Assembly: GCA_030611015.1 (NCBI GenBank)
Contig: JAUWQP010000001.1
Coordinates: 1-62,933, forward strand
Reading direction: 5' to 3'
Length of the DNA stretch: 62,933 nt
DNA from: Chloroflexota bacterium
Lineage (GTDB): Bacteria > Chloroflexota > Dehalococcoidia > GIF9 > AB-539-J10
Below the pieces are notes generated by a model. The model did no database searches. It was not told where the DNA came from and saw only the letters and a program-made list of their open reading frames with translations. Each line of letters begins with the position of its first letter. Within the stretch, counting starts at the first letter, position 1. Shown piece by piece: positions 57,048 to 62,933 of the stretch. The translations under genes were made by a program, and so were the position numbers.

Positions 57048-58727
57048 TTAGCTAAATAAAGCTTCTACCTGAGCTAGAATTTGCTCATCAGTGAAGTGGT
57101 GCATAGAAATGGCTCCTGAAGGGCAGGCAGCACCGCAGGTGCCACAACCTTTGCATACTGCTTCATTGACATGGGACACTCTCTTCCCATCTCTCGGCTG
57201 AAGCTCGATAGCTTTAAAGGGACACAAGACTTCGCAAATCCCACAGCCTGAGCATTCCTCCTCATTGACGAATGCATTTATCGCCTCAGCCTTTACATAT
57301 CCCATTCTCAGGGGACCGGCTGCTTTTGAAGCAGCAGCATAGGCTTGAGAAATTCCTTCAGTTACATCTGTGGGCCAGCGTGCTGAGCCACAGATGTAAA
57401 TTCCATCCATGGCGAACTCTACAGGGCGGAGCTTTAAGTGTGCTTCCAGGAAGAAACCAAACTCGTCTAAGGAAACTTTAAGCATTTTGGAGATATTTTG
57501 GTTATCCTCGGCAGGGATAAGGGGAGTAGTTAAAACAAGCATATCACAGGGAAGTTCTATTTCCTTTCTCCATAGTTCATGGTACACCTTTATTCTTTCA
57601 ACCTTCCCATCTCCGATAACTTCGGGAGGCTTTTCTAAGCTATATCTAATGAATCTGACCCCCAGCTCCATGGCTCTTCGATAATAGCTCTCAAAATCCA
57701 CACCATATGTCATGAGGTCTCGGTGCAATATCCAGACCCTTGCCTTTGGATTCGATTCTTTAATAAGCGAGGCGTTTTTAATCGCCGTCATGCAGCAGAT
57801 TCTGCTGCAATAGGTTCTCTCAGGAACCCGGGCTCCTACACAATTGATCATCACAACATTCTGCCCTACGGGTTTCCCCTTTTTCGTATGCTCCTCTAAC
57901 TCCAGTTGAGTAAGTACATTAGTCATCTTTCCATAGCCATATTGACCCGTCGGTTTTAATGCCTCAGCTCCGGTGGCTAATATAATAGTACCCACATTGA
58001 ATTGGTTCTCCTCTCCCTTCCCATCCAGACTGACATCGAAGTTGCCTATAAATCCAGTTACTTGCTTTACTTTAGACGAGAGATAAGTGTGAATCTTGGG
58101 ATGGTTTTTAACCTGTTCAACAAGTAATTTGATTAACTTCGCTGCTTCCTGGTTCGCTTGAAAAAGTTTATGAATACTACAAAGAGTCCCTCCAAACTCT
58201 GGTTCCTTTTCCACTAAATGAACATCAAAATCCTGCCTGGCCAGGTTTAAGGCTGCCTCCATTCCAACAATTCCTCCACCAATCACCAATGCCGAAGGAG
58301 CCACCTTCATTTCAATCTCCTCCAGTGGCTCCAGCAACCTGGATTTGGCCACTCCCATCCTTATAAGGTCTTTAGCCTTTTCTGTAGCCTTCTCGAGCTC
58401 ACGCATATGCACCCAGGAGCATTGGTCTCTTATGTTGACAAACTCGAAAAGGTATTTGTTCAAACCCGCTTCCTCACAAGCAGCTCGAAAGAGCGGCTCA
58501 TGGGTTCTGGGAGTACAGGAAGCTACTATGACCCGATTCAGGTTGTATTCCTTGATCCCTTTTTTGATTGCTGAAATCCCTTCCTCAGAGCAGGTGAATA
58601 GATTGCGCTCAGCATGCACTACGTTTGGTAGCTGCTTAACATATTCAACAACTTCTGGGACGTTGACGTATGCCCCGATATTTATGCCACAATGACAAAC
58701 AAAAACTCCGATACGAGGTTCTTCCAC
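57048..58727 (-). CDS. hdrA: HdrA-like flavoprotein (N-terminal Cys domain + FAD domain + C-terminal 2x[4Fe-4S]); no inserted ferredoxin domain evident
   Basis: 559 aa with GTG start. RIGVFVCHCGINIG, ASCTPRTHE, IRDQCSWVH, VIGGGIVGMEAALNLA, CSGCGICEVLCP, CKGCGTCGAACP. Confidence 0.75.
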   Translation of the reverse strand: MEEPRIGVFVCHCGINIGAYVNVPEVVEYVKQLPNVVHAERNLFTCSEEGISAIKKGIKEYNLNRVIVASCTPRTHEPLFRAACEEAGLNKYLFEFVNIRDQCSWVHMRELEKATEKAKDLIRMGVAKSRLLEPLEEIEMKVAPSALVIGGGIVGMEAALNLARQDFDVHLVEKEPEFGGTLCSIHKLFQANQEAAKLIKLLVEQVKNHPKIHTYLSSKVKQVTGFIGNFDVSLDGKGEENQFNVGTIILATGAEALKPTGQYGYGKMTNVLTQLELEEHTKKGKPVGQNVVMINCVGARVPERTYCSRICCMTAIKNASLIKESNPKARVWILHRDLMTYGVDFESYYRRAMELGVRFIRYSLEKPPEVIGDGKVERIKVYHELWRKEIELPCDMLVLTTPLIPAEDNQNISKMLKVSLDEFGFFLEAHLKLRPVEFAMDGIYICGSARWPTDVTEGISQAYAAASKAAGPLRMGYVKAEAINAFVNEEECSGCGICEVLCPFKAIELQPRDGKRVSHVNEAVCKGCGTCGAACPSGAISMHHFTDEQILAQVEALFS

Positions 58728-58728
58728 C

Positions 58729-61461
58729 TTACTTGCCCCCTGCTATAGCTTCAGCAACTCTGCCCGCTGCCCCCGAGGCCTGGGTTACAGAATCCGGGAT
58801 ATCCCGTGGACTATGGACATAGCCACAGGCAAAAATGCCCGGCCTTGTAGTATCCAGTGGTTGCAGCAATTTATCTGGAACCTCTACAAAGCCATCCTCG
58901 TTTAACTCTATACCTAGTATTTTCGCCAATTCCTTGGTGATTTGAGGAACCATAGCTTGGGCAAGAACCACCAGTTCCGCTTCAAAGTTCTTTATTTCTC
59001 CGCTGGTGGTTTCCTCATACCAAATAATAGGGTTATCATTCTCAGGGTTAACTTCGATCCTGCCAGGGCGACTCCTGATAAAAGTCACGTTGTATTCCTT
59101 TTTAGCCCTGGCGATGTATTCCTGGAACCTTTTACCCACAGCTCTCATATCCATGTAAAAAATGGTGGATTTGGTTCCTGGATGATGCTCGAAAGCCAGC
59201 ATTGCCTCCTTGGTGGCGTGCATACAGCAGACACTGGAGCAATAAGCTTTATTCCTGAAATCGCGAGAGCCGACACATTGGATAAACGCTATATTCTCAG
59301 GTATCCTGCCATCCGAAGGACGCCTAAGTTCTCCCATAGTAGGTCCAGAGGCTGCAGTCAATCTCTCAAATTCCATGGCAGTAATCACGTTCTTGATCTT
59401 CCCATAGCCGTATTCTGTCAGTGACGAAACATCGTATAAGCCCAGTCCCGAGGCGATGATTATCGCGCCCACCTCCAGTGCAATGGTCTCATTTTTCATC
59501 GTATAGACTATCGCTTTGGGCTCACATCGCCGCTCACATTCATGGCATTCTATGCATCCTTCTATTTGTCCGGCAAGACAGCTTGAGGCTTCCTCTGTGG
59601 CTTCTTCTAAGGAATACCCCAGAGCTACTTCACGAAAGTCCTTTGTCCTCTCCTTAACAGGTTCCTCCCGCATCTTCACTTTATTTCTGGAAGGAACGCG
59701 CTTCTTGAGGTCCTTTATCTCTTCCTCGGACAGCTTCTCGGGTTCCTTCCCTAGTTCTTCACCCTCGATAGGTTGTCCAGTCAAGTACTGGTGAATAGAG
59801 CGGGCTGTCTTTTTCCCTGCTGCAATAGCATCAATCACGAAGGCAGGTCCAGTCACCACATCGCCTCCGGCGAATACTCCTTCAATATTAGTGGCCCCGG
59901 TCTTGTCATCGATTTCTATCGTGCCCCTCTTGGAAAGTGAAACTCCCAGCTCTTTAACAAAATCTGTTTCTGGAGCCTGACCTAATGCCGCAATCACTGT
60001 ATCCACAGCAATGGTGAATTCAGAACCCTTGACGGGAACGGGGCGCGGACGACCACTAGTGTCTGGTTCCCCAAGTTTCATCCGCACACACTCCATCCTG
60101 GCAAGTTTTTTGTTCTCCGACAAGAATCGGCTTGGAGTAGTCAGGAACTCTATCTTTATCCCTTCCTCTTCTGCCGCCGTTACTTCTTCCCCGGAAGCCG
60201 GCATCTCAGCGCGGGAACGACGGTAAACAATGGTTACCTCCTTCGCTCCTAGACGCCTTGCAGTGCGGGCACAATCTACAGCTGTATTGCCTCCACCAAT
60301 CACAGCCACCTTATTTCCAATATCTACCTTCTCCCCGAGATTCGCAGCACGGAGAAATTCTATTCCCTCTATTACTCCCGGAATATCTCCACCATCCACT
60401 CCCAGTCTCATGACGCCGTGTGCTCCAACGCCGAGAAAAACGGCACCGTAGGTCTTTTTCAATTCTTCGAGGGTAATATCTTTACCAACCTGGATGCCCG
60501 TCTTGATCTCCACGCCAAGCTTCTGGATATAGCCTATCTCCTGGCGTAAAATATCCTTGGGAAGGCGATATTCGGGTATGCCAACACGAAGCATACCTCC
60601 GGGTTCAGGAAGGGCTTCAAAGATAGTTACATTGTGACCCTTTAGGGCAAGGTCACTAGCAGCGGCAAGACCTGCCGGACCTGCACCCACAATCGCTACC
60701 CTTTTGTCTGTTTTGGCCACAACCGGCACCTCAAGTTCTTCAATATTCCACTGGTCTGAGGGAACTCTCTTAAGGTCACGGATACAAATTGGCTCATCTA
60801 TTTGCCCGCGATTGCAGGCTTCCTGGCAAGGAGCATAGCACACCCGCCCAACACATGCAGGCAGGGGATTTGTCTCTCTTATAAGCTTATAAGCCTCTTT
60901 GAACTGTCCTTCTGCAATGAGCTTGATATAACCGGGCACATTAGTATGAACTGGACAGGCATCCATACAAGCCGCTTTGCAGGGGCGCTCTTCCCTTCTA
61001 TCTATAACGCATTTCTTGGGAACAGCCTGAGGAAACAGCATGTATATAGCTTTTCTCTTTCCAATCCCCTGATCGAATTCGTTTGGCAGAATGACAGGGC
61101 AGCCTTCAATACAAAGGCCGCACCCTGTACATTTGTTCCAATCGACAAAAGATGACTTTTCCTTTACCTTGACCTTGAATTTCCCTGCTTCTCCAGCAAC
61201 TTTTTCCACTTCACAATAAGTCAAAAGCTCTATGTTACTATGTGTACTCGCCTCTATCATCTTGGGGGCAAGGATACACATGGCACAGTCATTAGTGGGG
61301 AAGGTCTTATCCAGTTGTGCCATTCTTCCCCCGATACTGGGCGACTTTTCCACCAAATATACCTTAAAGCCCATATTAGCCAGGTCAAGTGAGGACTGAA
61401 TCCCAGCGATGCCACCACCGATTACTAGTACCGATTTACGTCCATTTTCGCTGTTACTCAT
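58729..61461 (-). CDS. HdrA-type FAD domain carrying an internal GltD/NfnB-like NAD(P)H module (chimeric flavoprotein)
   Basis: 910 aa. HdrA N-part VLVIGGGIAGIQSSLDLA..FPTNDCAMCIL..CTGCGLCIEGCP. GltD block CKAACMDACPV, VCYAPCQEAC, VAIVGAGPAGLAAASDL, GIPEYRLPKD. HdrA resumes at CIECHECERRCEP..FIQCVGSRD..YCSSVCCMHA. Confidence 0.75.
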   Translation of the reverse strand: MSNSENGRKSVLVIGGGIAGIQSSLDLANMGFKVYLVEKSPSIGGRMAQLDKTFPTNDCAMCILAPKMIEASTHSNIELLTYCEVEKVAGEAGKFKVKVKEKSSFVDWNKCTGCGLCIEGCPVILPNEFDQGIGKRKAIYMLFPQAVPKKCVIDRREERPCKAACMDACPVHTNVPGYIKLIAEGQFKEAYKLIRETNPLPACVGRVCYAPCQEACNRGQIDEPICIRDLKRVPSDQWNIEELEVPVVAKTDKRVAIVGAGPAGLAAASDLALKGHNVTIFEALPEPGGMLRVGIPEYRLPKDILRQEIGYIQKLGVEIKTGIQVGKDITLEELKKTYGAVFLGVGAHGVMRLGVDGGDIPGVIEGIEFLRAANLGEKVDIGNKVAVIGGGNTAVDCARTARRLGAKEVTIVYRRSRAEMPASGEEVTAAEEEGIKIEFLTTPSRFLSENKKLARMECVRMKLGEPDTSGRPRPVPVKGSEFTIAVDTVIAALGQAPETDFVKELGVSLSKRGTIEIDDKTGATNIEGVFAGGDVVTGPAFVIDAIAAGKKTARSIHQYLTGQPIEGEELGKEPEKLSEEEIKDLKKRVPSRNKVKMREEPVKERTKDFREVALGYSLEEATEEASSCLAGQIEGCIECHECERRCEPKAIVYTMKNETIALEVGAIIIASGLGLYDVSSLTEYGYGKIKNVITAMEFERLTAASGPTMGELRRPSDGRIPENIAFIQCVGSRDFRNKAYCSSVCCMHATKEAMLAFEHHPGTKSTIFYMDMRAVGKRFQEYIARAKKEYNVTFIRSRPGRIEVNPENDNPIIWYEETTSGEIKNFEAELVVLAQAMVPQITKELAKILGIELNEDGFVEVPDKLLQPLDTTRPGIFACGYVHSPRDIPDSVTQASGAAGRVAEAIAGGK

Positions 61462-62624
61462 TACTTTGATACGGTTGCCCCTTCCTTAATAGCATTTGCC
61501 ACTAGGTTTGCCAAATCCATAACTTCAATACTTGGCATTGACCGCTTTTCCTCACCCTTGTCTATCATGGCACATCTGAAATGCGTCTGACATTTAGGAC
61601 AAGCAGTTATGAGCAACTCTGCCCCGGTTTCCGTCGCCTCACACAGCCTTTCGGCCCTTAGCATGTTCGAATACGAGTCGCAGTTCGTCCAAGCACTGGT
61701 GCCACAGCAAATGGATTCCAATCCACTATGTCTCATCTCAACCAATTCTATGCCGGGAATTGACTCGAGCACCTTCCGAGGGGCATCATACACACCTAAA
61801 TGCCTTCCTAATCGACAAGGGTCCTGATAGGTGACCTTCTTATTGATTTCCTTAAATTTCACTCCGTTTTGCCCTATCTTCTCCGCCAAGAATTCGGAGA
61901 TATGCTGCACTTCGCAACCCAAATCTACATAATTGGGGTAGTCCAGTTTGAATGTGCGATAACCCTCGGGGCACGAAAAAACTATTTCCTTGACCCCTGC
62001 CTCTTTAATCTGGGCGGCATTGTGCTCAGCCAACTTCTTAAATGTCTCTATGTCGCCAGTCCAAAGCGCATCATGACCACAGCATTTCTCATCAGGAAGC
62101 AGCTTGGGCTTTATTCCCAGAAGATTCAAGACTTTCAAGCTTGCCTCAGTGATATCAAGAGCTCTAAACTCGATGTCCTCAAAGATGGGCTCAAAATATG
62201 GGGCACATCCTACCCAGAGAAGAACATCGCTGTTTTCTGAAACACTATACTCCTTGGAAAGCCATTCCAATCTCTTTTGCTTAATAGTAGGGCTGGTCAT
62301 AAGTCTCGCCAGAGATTGCAGTTGTCCAGAGTGGGCACAAATTCCATGTTGCCCATTGTCTTGGGCTATACTTCTGGCTTTCCGCACGAAGATGGGAAAG
62401 TCAACATCACTGGGACATTCCTGTTGACAAGTATAGCAAGTAAGGCAGGAAAAGAGCTCCTTATTGAACACCAGCTCATCCTCGAAGCCCAGAAGAGCAT
62501 TCTCAATCAGCATTCGTGGAGAGAAAGCTGGGTCGTATCTCGCAATAGGGCATATACTTGTACACTTACCACACTCCAGGCAGTAGTAAGTATTGGTTTC
62601 TTGAATAATATCTTCTAAATTCAA
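61461..62624 (-). CDS. hdrD: HdrD-like protein (HdrC-type 2x[4Fe-4S] fused to HdrB-type CCG domains)
   Basis: 387 aa with CLECGKCTSICP and CLTCYTCQQECP, then CCG-domain motifs (EKCCGHD, DPCRLGRH, ICCGTS, CPKC). Confidence 0.75.
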   Translation of the reverse strand: MNLEDIIQETNTYYCLECGKCTSICPIARYDPAFSPRMLIENALLGFEDELVFNKELFSCLTCYTCQQECPSDVDFPIFVRKARSIAQDNGQHGICAHSGQLQSLARLMTSPTIKQKRLEWLSKEYSVSENSDVLLWVGCAPYFEPIFEDIEFRALDITEASLKVLNLLGIKPKLLPDEKCCGHDALWTGDIETFKKLAEHNAAQIKEAGVKEIVFSCPEGYRTFKLDYPNYVDLGCEVQHISEFLAEKIGQNGVKFKEINKKVTYQDPCRLGRHLGVYDAPRKVLESIPGIELVEMRHSGLESICCGTSAWTNCDSYSNMLRAERLCEATETGAELLITACPKCQTHFRCAMIDKGEEKRSMPSIEVMDLANLVANAIKEGATVSK

Positions 62625-62933
62625 ACCGCTACCTTCTCCTTTCTTAAAGATGAAAAAGGTGAGGGCCCGAGCTTCTTAAGCTGTTCGACAAATTCCTTGA
62701 CTACTCTGGCAAACACCGTGCCCTCGGAAGTAGATATCATCTCACGCCTCAGCCTTTCGTCCTCCAATCCGAGGATATGCATCAGCTTACTTACCTTGGC
62801 AAACATGGCATCGCACTTTACCGGTCCATCTATATAATGGCAATCTGTATAGTGACACCCGGAGACTATAACGCCGTCAGCTCCCTCTTCAAAGGCTCTG
62901 AGGATATAATCTGGATTTATCATCCCGCTACAC
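62621..62933 (-). CDS. mvhD: MvhD/FlpD-like subunit, copy 3 (5-prime end outside the window)
   Basis: The frame stays open to the window edge (..CSGMINPDYILRAFEEGADGVIVSGCHYTDCHY). Overlaps the hdrD-like start by 4 nt. Confidence 0.75.
   Translation of the reverse strand, partial: CSGMINPDYILRAFEEGADGVIVSGCHYTDCHYIDGPVKCDAMFAKVSKLMHILGLEDERLRREMISTSEGTVFARVVKEFVEQLKKLGPSPFSSLRKEKVAV

Noticed and set aside
58725-58732. Possible stop-codon read-through or selenocysteine joining the 910-aa and 559-aa HdrA-type ORFs into one protein.
   Set aside because: The stop is TAA, not TGA, and the downstream GTG start is in a different reading frame. These are two translationally coupled genes.
1-62933. 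CRISPR arrays, rRNA genes, IS elements, transposases and integrases.
   Set aside because: I saw no regularly spaced short direct repeats, no rRNA-like segments and no ORF with transposase or recombinase motifs. The mobile-DNA evidence is limited to the repeat scars listed as features.

Overview
This is a 62.9-kb bacterial chromosomal window. Bacterial markers are SecA, an HrcA-GrpE-DnaK operon with a CIRCE operator, LspA and sigma-70-type promoters. The gene content points to a strict anaerobe; I cannot assign taxonomy from sequence alone. I found no rRNA, tRNA, CRISPR array, transposase or integrase.

The window has three parts.

(1) 1-17.3 kb: housekeeping genes (leuCD-type dehydratase, isocitrate/isopropylmalate-family dehydrogenase, holB, PSP1/RicT, HNH protein, FmdB-type Zn ribbon) interrupted by three accessory insertions.
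- (a) A 5.7-kb islet sits between the dehydratase small subunit and the dehydrogenase. It carries hicAB, a single-chain Type IIG restriction-modification enzyme, an uncharacterised 483-aa protein with a C-terminal R-N-x3-H (HEPN-like) motif, and a double zinc-ribbon protein.
- (b) A variable region lies downstream of the dehydrogenase. It has three att-like direct repeats, including a 17-codon relic of the dehydrogenase 3-prime end. It also has an AT-rich SAM-methyltransferase cassette bracketed by inverted repeats, an AbiJ-like protein, a PD-(D/E)xK (Mrr-like) protein and a truncated lysA.
- (c) A Type II R-M cassette combines an HTH-fused beta-class methylase, an HNH nuclease and a 71-aa very acidic ORF.

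(2) 17.4-36.6 kb: core genes (secA, prs, glyA, MFS transporter, hrcA-grpE-dnaK, PEPCK-like, dksA/traR-like, lspA, rluD, L25). These are followed by a probable Moco/Tuco riboswitch with terminator controlling tupABC-moaA-moaC. That operon contains an untracked 43-aa six-Cys ORF.

(3) 36.6-62.9 kb: a dense hydrogen and flavin-based electron-transfer supercluster.
- Two paralogous MvhDGA-type [NiFe] hydrogenases are separated by a GAF histidine kinase and a response regulator.
- A Hox-type hydrogenase has a HoxF-GltD fusion and a NuoG-like extended HoxU.
- One translationally coupled operon reads mvhD - hdrD-like - hdrA::gltD chimera - hdrA - nfnA - nfnB.

Best candidates for something undescribed: the HEPN-like plus Zn-ribbon pair coupled to the Type IIG enzyme, the AbiJ-like/Mrr-like pair in the repeat-scarred region, and the Hdr/Nfn/GltD chimeric operon.
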